This document shows positions 1 through 10,103 of a stretch of DNA of 64,000 bases, piece by piece (position 1 is the first letter of the stretch; each line of letters begins with the position of its first letter). This DNA is from Cyanobacteria bacterium P01_A01_bin.123 (lineage in GTDB: Bacteria > Cyanobacteriota > Cyanobacteriia > Phormidesmidales > Phormidesmidaceae). The stretch lies in contig JBCBZT010000040.1 of NCBI GenBank assembly GCA_039815185.1, positions 1 through 64,000 on the forward strand, given 5' to 3'. Below the pieces are notes generated by a model. That model ran no database searches. It saw nothing but the letters and a program-made list of their open reading frames with translations, and was not told the origin of the DNA. The position numbers and the translations under genes were made by a program.

Positions 1-67
1 AAAATTCGCAAATTTTTTTCATCTGACGTCTACCCACCCCCCCCCCCCACCCCGCCATATGTTTGTG

Positions 68-129
68 CGTGGGGGGGGCGCATGGCCTGCCGCCCCGACT
101 CTAGGTTTCAGATCGGATGGGGTTTACAT
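68..129. repeat. Degenerate GTAG-type REP palindrome plus repeat end (GATCGGATGGGGTTTA)
   Basis: GTGGGGGGGGCGCATGGCCTGCCGCCCCGAC resembles the REPs at 4955 and 41427, and the downstream flank resembles 41452-41488. Homopolymer runs nearby suggest low sequence quality. Confidence 0.45.
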
Positions 130-135
130 CTGATT

Positions 136-2376
<2,241 letters not shown>

Positions 2377-2433
2377 CTAAACCCCATCTGATCGGAAGAA
2401 TCTGGTGACAATTTTTGCCGATTCGATAGAAAA

Positions 2434-2447
2434 GCATCTCTTGATAC
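2434..2447 (+). promoter_or_regulatory. Possible NtcA-type site (GCA-N8-TAC)
   Basis: GCATCTCTTGATAC in an A-rich context upstream of a nitrogen-scavenging operon. One mismatch to GTA-N8-TAC, and no well-spaced -10. Confidence 0.25.
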
Positions 2448-2514
2448 AAAAAGTCCCTTTGAATTAGACAATCCTTTGCATAATCCGTATATCAAGTTAG
2501 GAGAGTGGCAACCT

Positions 2515-3723
2515 GTGACTCAAAGACGACCCTTTCGCCTATCGCGACGCCAGGTAATTCGGGGATTAATGGCAACCACTGCCTTTGGCATGACAGCCAA
2601 GTTTGGTACGGGTTGCACCCAATCAGCAGAAACACCTGCTGATGAAGCTAGTGCTGATGAAGCCAGTGCTGATGGTAGCGGCAGCGGTGAAGAATTTGTT
2701 GTGGGCTTTATCTACGTCGGCCCCAAAGATGATTTTGGCTACAACCAAGCCCATGCAGAAGGGGCAGCAGCGATGGCTGAAATCCCAGGTATCAAAATTC
2801 TGGAAGAAGCAAGCGTCCCCGAGACCACGGCTGTGGCTGAGACCATGCGCAGCATGATCGAAATTGACGGTGCCAAGGCGCTCTTCCCCACCTCCTTCGG
2901 CTATTTCGATCCCTACATCCTAGAACTGGCAACAGAATTCCCCGAGGTCCAGTTCTTCCACGCTGGCGGACTGTATGAAGAAGGCATGCCCGACAATGTC
3001 GGCAGCTATTTTGGCTATATCGATGAAGCTCAATATGTGGCTGGGGTCGTGGCTGGGCACATGTCTGAGTCTGGCAAGTTGGGCTTTGTGGCCGCTAAGC
3101 CCATTCCCCAAGTCTTGCGCAACATCAACAGTTTTACCCTCGGGGCTAAGTCGGTCAACCCCGACATTACGACCCAGGTGATTTTCACTGGGGATTGGGC
3201 CGAGCCTGTGAAAGAGGCGGAAGCTACCAACAGCATGGCCGATCAAGGCATCGACGTGATCACCTGCCACGTGGATAGCCCCAAGGTGGTGATGGAAACC
3301 GCTGAAAAGCGGGGCATCTACTCCGTTGGCTACCACGCCAACCAGGCAGAGCTGGCCCCAGAAGGTTATCTGACTGGCGCTGAGTGGGACTGGAACAGCA
3401 TCTACACGAGCCTGGGCGAACAATTTTTAGCAGGCGATACCCTGATGTCTGGCGGGATTGACCATATTCTGCGGGGGGGACTGGCCGACAATTTCTGTAA
3501 ACTATCGCCTTACGGGCCAGCCGTTACGGAGGAAGCCCAGGCTGATGCCGAGGCCGCTAAGGAAGCCTTGGTGGCTGGGGAATTGGTCATCTATCAAGGC
3601 CCACTCAAAACCAATACGGGTGATGAGATTCTAGCAACGGATACAGATTACAAACAGCAGGACATCGAGCTTGAGAAAATGGATTATTTGATTGAGGGTG
3701 TCGATGGTTCAGTCGGCGGATAG
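2515..3723 (+). CDS. BMP-family ABC transporter substrate-binding lipoprotein (Tat-type signal)
   Basis: SRRQVI twin-arginine leader and Cys lipobox-like site; GFIYVGPKDDFGYNQAH and TSFGY BMP motifs. GTG start follows AGGAGAG. Confidence 0.9.
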   Translation: MTQRRPFRLSRRQVIRGLMATTAFGMTAKFGTGCTQSAETPADEASADEASADGSGSGEEFVVGFIYVGPKDDFGYNQAHAEGAAAMAEIPGIKILEEASVPETTAVAETMRSMIEIDGAKALFPTSFGYFDPYILELATEFPEVQFFHAGGLYEEGMPDNVGSYFGYIDEAQYVAGVVAGHMSESGKLGFVAAKPIPQVLRNINSFTLGAKSVNPDITTQVIFTGDWAEPVKEAEATNSMADQGIDVITCHVDSPKVVMETAEKRGIYSVGYHANQAELAPEGYLTGAEWDWNSIYTSLGEQFLAGDTLMSGGIDHILRGGLADNFCKLSPYGPAVTEEAQADAEAAKEALVAGELVIYQGPLKTNTGDEILATDTDYKQQDIELEKMDYLIEGVDGSVGG

Positions 3724-3738
3724 ATTATCGGAAAATTC

Positions 3739-4821
3739 ATGCTGAGTACCCGACGCTGGCAGCGCACCCTGGAGGCCATTTGTATCCCCATTGGTGCTGT
3801 TTTAGCTGCATTGATCATATTTGGCCTCTTTTGTACCCTGGCGGGGGCCAATGCCTTTGAAGTCTATGGCTCAATTTACAAAGCGGCCTTTGGCAGTTGG
3901 TTCGCTTGGCAAAATACCCTGGTGCGGGCCTCACCCCTGATGTTGACGGCCCTATGTACCGCCCTACCCGCTCGGTTGGGATTGGTGATTATTGGTAACG
4001 AGGGGGCATTGGTGATCGGAGGACTGTGTGCCCTGTTAATGGGGTTGACCTTAAACACGGGGTTACCACCAACGCTGGTACAAATTGCCATGGCCCTTTC
4101 GGGCATCATCGGGGGTGGGCTATGGATTATGGCGGTGGGTACCCTGCGTCATTATCGGGGTGTGAATGAAACCATCAGCAGTTTGTTGATGAACTACATC
4201 GCGATCGCCCTGATGAACCAACTCGTAGAAGGGCCCCTACGGGATCCCAATTTCGTCACCAAACCCTCTTCGTTTGAACTGGCAGAGGCTAATTGGCTCG
4301 GGATGCTACCCGCTACCCGCATCCATTACGGCCTGCTCTATGGTTTGATTGCCTGCATCATTGCCTATATTTTGATTCAGCGCACTACCTTTGGGTTTGC
4401 TGCCCGCACTGCCGGGGGCAATATCCGCGCCGCTCAGATCGCCGGTTTACCTGTGGGTAAACTGACGCTGGCCATCTGCTTTTTAGCCGGTTCCGCTGCG
4501 GGGTTAGCGGGCATGGTAGAGGTAGCAGCGGTGCAAAAGCGACTGAACGAATCGCTGGTGTCCAGCTATGGCTATGCCGGAATTTTAGTGGCCTTTGTCT
4601 CCCGCCACAATCCTTTAGCGACGGTGCTGGTATCGGTTTTGTTGGGGGGTATTTTGGCCAGTGGTGGGATCTTGCAGCGCTCCCACGACCTACCCGATGC
4701 AACTGTTCTGGTTTTCCAAGGCATCGTCTTTTTGTGTGTGCTGTTTAGCGATTCCCTTTACGGTAAAATTCCATTTTTCAAAGAACGGGCGATCACCAGC
4801 AAACAAGCCGCAGCGGTTTAA
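3739..4821 (+). CDS. ABC transporter permease (BPD_transp_2, nucleoside/BMP type)
   Basis: Polytopic hydrophobic protein with IGNEG, VNETISSLL and GYGYAGILVA motifs. Confidence 0.9.
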   Translation: MLSTRRWQRTLEAICIPIGAVLAALIIFGLFCTLAGANAFEVYGSIYKAAFGSWFAWQNTLVRASPLMLTALCTALPARLGLVIIGNEGALVIGGLCALLMGLTLNTGLPPTLVQIAMALSGIIGGGLWIMAVGTLRHYRGVNETISSLLMNYIAIALMNQLVEGPLRDPNFVTKPSSFELAEANWLGMLPATRIHYGLLYGLIACIIAYILIQRTTFGFAARTAGGNIRAAQIAGLPVGKLTLAICFLAGSAAGLAGMVEVAAVQKRLNESLVSSYGYAGILVAFVSRHNPLATVLVSVLLGGILASGGILQRSHDLPDATVLVFQGIVFLCVLFSDSLYGKIPFFKERAITSKQAAAV

Positions 4822-4954
4822 CACGATTATCCAAGAACTATAGCGACGCGATTAAGAATCCTGTGGATACGCTCCGCGAACGCGTCCATACCAATAATGA
4901 GGAAAACGTGGATTTTTCGTCAGGGTTGAGATGCAAGGAGTGGGGGATGAACCT

Positions 4955-4978
4955 GTAGGGGCGCAAGGCTTTGCGCCC
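4955..4978. repeat. GTAG-family REP-like palindrome
   Basis: GTAGGGGCGCAAGGCTTTGCGCCC hairpin in the 200-bp gap between the two permeases. Confidence 0.7.
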
Positions 4979-5021
4979 AGTGCAAAATGTGTAACCCCAG
5001 TAAAAAATAGAGGAGTGGGCA

Positions 5022-5969
5022 ATGGCAGCAGAAGCATTGGGATGGTGGGGAGTCCCCTTGGGTATTTTGGCGGGGACTTTACGCGGTAGTGCACCGTTCC
5101 TGTTTGTCTCCCTAGGAGAATGCCTGACAGAGAAGAGCGGCAAAATCAATTTGGGCCTTGAAGGCACGCTGCTAATGGGGGCAATGAGTGCCTATGGCAT
5201 TTCGTATTTGGCAGAAGGTGCGGTTGGTCCCAGTGTTTCCCCTTGGCTAGGCGTAGTTGTGGCTGGGTTCTCTGGCATGGTATTAGGGGCCATTCACGGC
5301 TGGCTGGCCCAACAGCCCCGCGTTAACGATGTTGCCGTAGGCATTGCCATGATCGTCTTTGGCAGTGGGATGGCGTTCTTTTTAGGCAAGCCATTTATCC
5401 AACCCCAAGCGCCCCAACTACAAACCCTAGACGTCGGTGATTGGAGCAGCTTATCCCAGGTGCAATCGGCACTGAAAATTAGTCCCCTTTTGATTCTTGG
5501 CATTTTGATCGTGCCCTTAATGTCTTGGTTCTTTCGATCTACCCGCTGGGGGCTTTATGTGCGAGCGGTGGGGGATAGCCCAGAAGCGGCAATGGCGATG
5601 GGGATTTCTATTTTTAAGGTACGGTTTTTGAGCATTGTGGCTGGGAGTTTTTTCGCGGGCATCGGCGGTGCCTGTCTATCGCTTTATTACCCCGGTGTCT
5701 GGACTGAGCGTATCTCCAGCGGGCAGGGACTGATGGCAGTAGCGTTGGTGATTTTTGCCCGCTGGCAACCCTGGCAGTGCCTTTGGGCGTCTTTGCTATT
5801 TGGCGGGGCCCAGGCCATCGGGCCAGCGTTTCAGTCAGTAGGGCTTAACACTTATTACTACTTGTTTAACGCTGCCCCCTATATTTTGACGTTGGTGATT
5901 ATGGTGATTACCTGCTCACCCCAACGCACGTTAATTGGCGCACCGGGTTCCCTAGGTAAAGAGAATTAA
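5022..5969 (+). CDS. ABC transporter permease (BPD_transp_2)
   Basis: GECLTEKSGKINLGLEG, RAVGDSP and GQGLMAVALVIF motifs. Confidence 0.9.
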   Translation: MAAEALGWWGVPLGILAGTLRGSAPFLFVSLGECLTEKSGKINLGLEGTLLMGAMSAYGISYLAEGAVGPSVSPWLGVVVAGFSGMVLGAIHGWLAQQPRVNDVAVGIAMIVFGSGMAFFLGKPFIQPQAPQLQTLDVGDWSSLSQVQSALKISPLLILGILIVPLMSWFFRSTRWGLYVRAVGDSPEAAMAMGISIFKVRFLSIVAGSFFAGIGGACLSLYYPGVWTERISSGQGLMAVALVIFARWQPWQCLWASLLFGGAQAIGPAFQSVGLNTYYYLFNAAPYILTLVIMVITCSPQRTLIGAPGSLGKEN

Positions 5970-6003
5970 TGGCCCGATTTACGACCAGCGGGCAAGGAGT
6001 ATT

Positions 6004-6393
6004 GTGGGCGATCGCATGTTGATTCATCTAGCCGTCAACGGCACCCTGATGCGAGGACTGGCACTCAACGGCAACATGGTTGCCGCTGGGGCGACCTTCG
6101 TCCGAGAAGCAACCACAGAACCTGCCTACCGACTGTGGTCAATTGACAATCAATATCCTGCCATGGTGCGGGTAAAAGCAGGCGGGCATGCGATCGCCCT
6201 CGAAGTTTGGGCTGTTCCCCCAGCTGGCCTCGCCGACATTTTGCTAAAAGAACCCCCCGGTCTTTGCATTGGCAAAGTGCAATTGGAAGATGGCGAAGAA
6301 GTCCTCGGCGTCTTAGGCGAACCGCTAACCGTAGAAGGCAAACGAGAAATCACCGCATTTGGCGGCTGGCGCACCTATATCGCCACGCTGTAG
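6004..6393 (+). CDS. Stand-alone allophanate hydrolase C-terminal-like (GGCT-fold) protein
   Basis: LAVNGTLMRGL..N, YRLWSI, LEVW, IGKVQLEDG and ITAFGGWRTY match the pattern of the AtzF/allophanate hydrolase C-domain. Confidence 0.75.
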   Translation: MGDRMLIHLAVNGTLMRGLALNGNMVAAGATFVREATTEPAYRLWSIDNQYPAMVRVKAGGHAIALEVWAVPPAGLADILLKEPPGLCIGKVQLEDGEEVLGVLGEPLTVEGKREITAFGGWRTYIATL

Positions 6394-6486
6394 TCATTTT
6401 CCCAATTTTGTATCCTTTTACTCCTCTCGCCTCCCTTCTGCCTCCTTACTCTGAATCAATAACCTAAATTTCAAAGGCTTAAACCA

Positions 6487-7536
6487 ATGAGCGGACTCGG
6501 TGGACTCAATAAGACCCCCAATGGCGTTGTTCTCGGCATGGTGCAACTCCAATTGCCCAACGTGGTTACGCCCAACGACCTCGCAGCCCAAACCCAGCGC
6601 ATTGTTGAGATGGTCGGCAAAGCAAGGCGCAACCTGCCCTCGATGGACCTGGTAGTATTCCCTGAATATTCGCTCCATGGGCTATCGATGGACACCAACC
6701 CAGATATTATGTGTCGCCTAGACGGACCAGAGGTGGCTGCGTTTCGTCAAGCTTGCGTCGACAACCAGATTTGGGGCTGTTTTTCCATCATGGAATATAA
6801 CCCTAACGGCAATCCCTATAACAGCGGCATCATCATCGACAACCAGGGAGAGCTAAAACTCTATTACCGCAAACTCCATCCTTGGGTGCCCGTGGAACCT
6901 TGGGAACCCGGCAATATCGGCATCCCGGTATGCGAGGGGCCAAACGGCAGTACCCTGGCACTAATCATCTGTCACGACGGTATGTTCCCTGAAATGGCGC
7001 GGGAATGTGCTTATAAAGGGGCTGAAATTATGATTCGCACCGCAGGCTACACGGCTCCGATCCGTCAGTCTTGGCGAGTCACAAATCAGGCCAATGCATT
7101 TTGCAATCTGATCGTAACGGCCTCTGTTTGTATGTGCGGTAGCGACGGTACGTTCGACTCCATGGGTGAAGGGATGATTATCAACTTTGACGGGGAACCG
7201 CTAGTCATGGGCAGTCACCGCCCCGACGAAATTATTACCGCTGAAGTCCGTCCCGACTTGGTGCGCGAAGCCCGAAAGTATTGGGGCGTCGAAAACAATA
7301 TTTATCAGTTTGGCCACCGGGGATATGTGGCGGTTAAGGGCGGTGCCCAAGATTGCCCCTATACCTATATGCAAGACATGGTAAACGGCAATTATCGTCT
7401 GCCTTGGGAAGATGAAGTGGTACACACTGATGGCACATCCTGCGGTTTTTCAGAACCGACTCGTACTTATCAAGGGGAAGCGTTACCTGCGGATCATGAA
7501 GGCGATCGCAGCGCGGTGAATCCACTGGCCAATTAG
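6487..7536 (+). CDS. amiF: Formamidase (nitrilase superfamily, AmiF type)
   Basis: N-terminus MSGLGGLNK; catalytic triad in FPEY, YRKLHPW and ICHDG. Confidence 0.85.
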   Translation: MSGLGGLNKTPNGVVLGMVQLQLPNVVTPNDLAAQTQRIVEMVGKARRNLPSMDLVVFPEYSLHGLSMDTNPDIMCRLDGPEVAAFRQACVDNQIWGCFSIMEYNPNGNPYNSGIIIDNQGELKLYYRKLHPWVPVEPWEPGNIGIPVCEGPNGSTLALIICHDGMFPEMARECAYKGAEIMIRTAGYTAPIRQSWRVTNQANAFCNLIVTASVCMCGSDGTFDSMGEGMIINFDGEPLVMGSHRPDEIITAEVRPDLVREARKYWGVENNIYQFGHRGYVAVKGGAQDCPYTYMQDMVNGNYRLPWEDEVVHTDGTSCGFSEPTRTYQGEALPADHEGDRSAVNPLAN

Positions 7537-7656
7537 CGAATTAGCGTTGCATAGAATTCTGGCGTCAGCTTTGCCGAATAACGGTACGCTTGAGCTCGCT
7601 AAATTAGCACAAGGGGGCAACAAAGTCGTGTAAGTGACGTGCATCATGCTTGTCAC

Positions 7657-8196
7657 TTACCAAATTGCCTCATAGTCCTCGGCCACCAAGTTCCATTGGC
7701 TACCGTAAACATGAACCTGGTGAGTTGCCATGCCCTCTGCATTCATCAAGACACCCCCAGCGTGGGTCCAAGACAAAATACTGCCTGCTAAGTTGAAGAC
7801 GCGAAAGCCCTGGACTTGCAGGTCTTGGGCATAGAGTCCGCTGCGATAGCCGATAGTGCAATAGGGGACGATGGTTTTGTCTTGGTAGCGATCGCGATCG
7901 CGTTCAAACGCTTCCCTAGAAATGGCTCCTGGCAGTATCGACACTAAGCGTTCTTCAGGTTCCCGGACATCGACCAGAATAATGTCATCCTGCTGTTGCC
8001 ACTGTTGCAGCTTTGCAACAGAGATAGCTTCGACCTCAGGAAAGTCTTTAGCATAGTTGCGGTACATAGTAGCTATTATGGCCGATTCAGAAGCCCGAGC
8101 AGTCTTTAAAAACAACGTCAATAAGGTTAACAACAAACCCAGCAGTCCAAACTTTAGGAGAATTGGCAGCTTTACCGGCTCAAGGCGATGACGCAT
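7657..8196 (-). CDS. Rhodanese-like domain protein with N-terminal hydrophobic leader
   Basis: LVDVREPEE, YCTIGYRS and NLAGSILSW motifs. The ORF extends to 8274. Confidence 0.8.
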   Translation of the reverse strand: MRHRLEPVKLPILLKFGLLGLLLTLLTLFLKTARASESAIIATMYRNYAKDFPEVEAISVAKLQQWQQQDDIILVDVREPEERLVSILPGAISREAFERDRDRYQDKTIVPYCTIGYRSGLYAQDLQVQGFRVFNLAGSILSWTHAGGVLMNAEGMATHQVHVYGSQWNLVAEDYEAIW

Positions 8197-8519
8197 CGTC
8201 TGGTGAATATTGACCCACAGTCCCTTTTTGCCTTTAGCGAAATCTTCGGCTGAACCCATGCTTTTGTTTGCCATATTTGCTGCATTTCATATCTTTTTGA
8301 AGTGTAGCGGAATGTTAAGCTTCAGTCTGCTAAAGAAGTCGTAAGGCTGCCCGAGATGCTTACAATTTGCGGCTAAGAAAACTGACCTGATCGGAAAAAG
8401 CTCCCATCAGGCCAGAGTAAACTGTGTGTTAACAGTTGTGTGATTACAGTTGGCGTTTTGCCCAGCCTCTAAACAATGGATAGGGAAATGGGCAAAATTA
8501 ACATTGTTTGCGATTGGAC

Positions 8520-8822
8520 TTACGACAAGTAATAGCGCTGATCCAACCAGATTAGGAGTGACTCTTCTGTCGTAAACAGATGGGAGCTTTGAGTCACGGG
8601 ATCGTAGACTTTCCAAGCGGTTCCATTCGCAGAATTAATCGCTTTAATCCGGGGCTCATTGCTGGGTGCCAGGAATTTCACCAGTGCGACTCCCCAGTGC
8701 TTGAGCTGGGTTAAAAGTTGAATTTTTGCCGCGTTGGCGGTGCTCACTTGCAAAGACTTTTCAAGCTGCTGACGCTCTTTTAATAGAGACGTTGAATTGG
8801 GATAGTTGGTGTAGCTATTCAT
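8520..8822 (-). CDS. Conserved cyanobacterial hypothetical protein
   Basis: EPRI...WKVYDP.T...F..E...WLDQRYY pattern; divergent from the LysR gene. Confidence 0.7.
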   Translation of the reverse strand: MNSYTNYPNSTSLLKERQQLEKSLQVSTANAAKIQLLTQLKHWGVALVKFLAPSNEPRIKAINSANGTAWKVYDPVTQSSHLFTTEESLLIWLDQRYYLS

Positions 8823-8996
8823 AGGGGTAAAACCTCAGGCGATAGACCAGAAATCGGAGGGTAACGGGTAACTCAGTTTTGACCGATTGAGTAGCCTTTA
8901 AAGGGATCTCGGTGCCAAACTTGAACTGAATGAATCACGTTATTTCTGTCGACATCCTTACTGTAGTCATCCTTTCAAGAAGTGCCCAAGCATAAT

Positions 8997-9024
8997 ATGA
9001 ATGGCTTTCATGCAAGAAATCGAT
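8997..9024. promoter_or_regulatory. Tandem LysR-type T-N11-A boxes
   Basis: Dyad ATGAA-TGGCT-TTCAT (8997-9011) and a second T-N11-A at 9011-9023, between the LysR gene and its divergent gene. A minus-strand -10-like TACAGT lies at 8960-8965. Confidence 0.5.
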
Positions 9025-9181
9025 ACCTCAGCTTCAGGAGAATGGGATAGGCTTGGAGCAAGCTAAACTTCTGCCATATCCAGATCCATGGCTTTTCCTT
9101 GGTGAGAGCGCAGGGTCTTGCACCCCACTGGAGTGCTCAAATCGGATGTGGTGTCTTCCAGCATTTTAGGGAAGCCTTCCC

Positions 9182-10096
9182 ATGAACCTCGGTAAGCTAA
9201 AGCTGTCTCAATTGCGTGCCCTTGTTGCCATCGCAGAGTGTGGAAATTTCAGTAGTGCAGCCCTGCAACTCGATGTCACTCAGTCCACGATTAGCCATGC
9301 GATCGCGACCTTAGAAGACGAACTCGGCGTTGTCTTGTTGACCCGTGGACGCCATGGTGCCCATCTCACCCCCGTGGGTGCAAGGGTCACAACCAAGGCA
9401 GTGCAAATCCTTGACTTGCTTGAGGGGATGGCCAAAGATGCCCAGCAAGCCAAAGGCCTCCAGGGAGGCACTGTGCGGATTGCAGCCTTCAGGAGTGTGG
9501 CGACGAATTTATTACCGAGCGCGATCGCTCGATTGCACAGCCGCTATCCCAACGTTAATGTCACGATTACTGAACTCGATGAACTGCAGCAGTTTAAACA
9601 AGTGTTGCTCCAGGGACAAGCCGATATCTGCGTGACAGAATTGCTTGATGGCGATGAATTTGACCGACTTTTGATTTTAGAAGACGAGTACATTGCGCTC
9701 TTACCACCACAAGTCGGGCTTCGAGATGCTCAATTGCATCTCGAAGATCTTGAAGCCCATCCGCTGATTAGCTCCAGTCATAACAGTTGCTTTGCCCGCA
9801 TCGAACGCCAGATCAATAAGCTCCAAGAGCAGCAGCACCCAATCGAAATTGCTTACCGGATTCGTCACGACTCATCGATGGTGAGCATGGTGAGTCAGGG
9901 ACTAGGCATTGCTATCTTGCCTAAACTCGCGGCATCTCCCGTTCCGTCAAACGTGCAGGTGTGTCGATTGCCCTTCAAATTGTCTCGCCCGATTGGTGCC
10001 TCTTTGCTTAAAGAAGGGCTACACACGCCAGCCGTCTATGCCTTTCTCGATGCCTTACGCGAAACAGGCGAATTCTCAGTACAGCAAGCGGTTTAG
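9182..10096 (+). CDS. LysR-family transcriptional regulator
   Basis: N-terminal HTH (FSSAALQLDVTQSTISHAIATLEDELG...LTP.G) followed by a substrate-binding domain. Confidence 0.95.
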   Translation: MNLGKLKLSQLRALVAIAECGNFSSAALQLDVTQSTISHAIATLEDELGVVLLTRGRHGAHLTPVGARVTTKAVQILDLLEGMAKDAQQAKGLQGGTVRIAAFRSVATNLLPSAIARLHSRYPNVNVTITELDELQQFKQVLLQGQADICVTELLDGDEFDRLLILEDEYIALLPPQVGLRDAQLHLEDLEAHPLISSSHNSCFARIERQINKLQEQQHPIEIAYRIRHDSSMVSMVSQGLGIAILPKLAASPVPSNVQVCRLPFKLSRPIGASLLKEGLHTPAVYAFLDALRETGEFSVQQAV

Positions 10097-10103
10097 TATC
10101 GTC

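Noticed and set aside
1..80. Long C and G homopolymer runs as a G-quadruplex or contingency locus
   Set aside because: At the window edge, within a degraded REP; more consistent with low-quality base calls.
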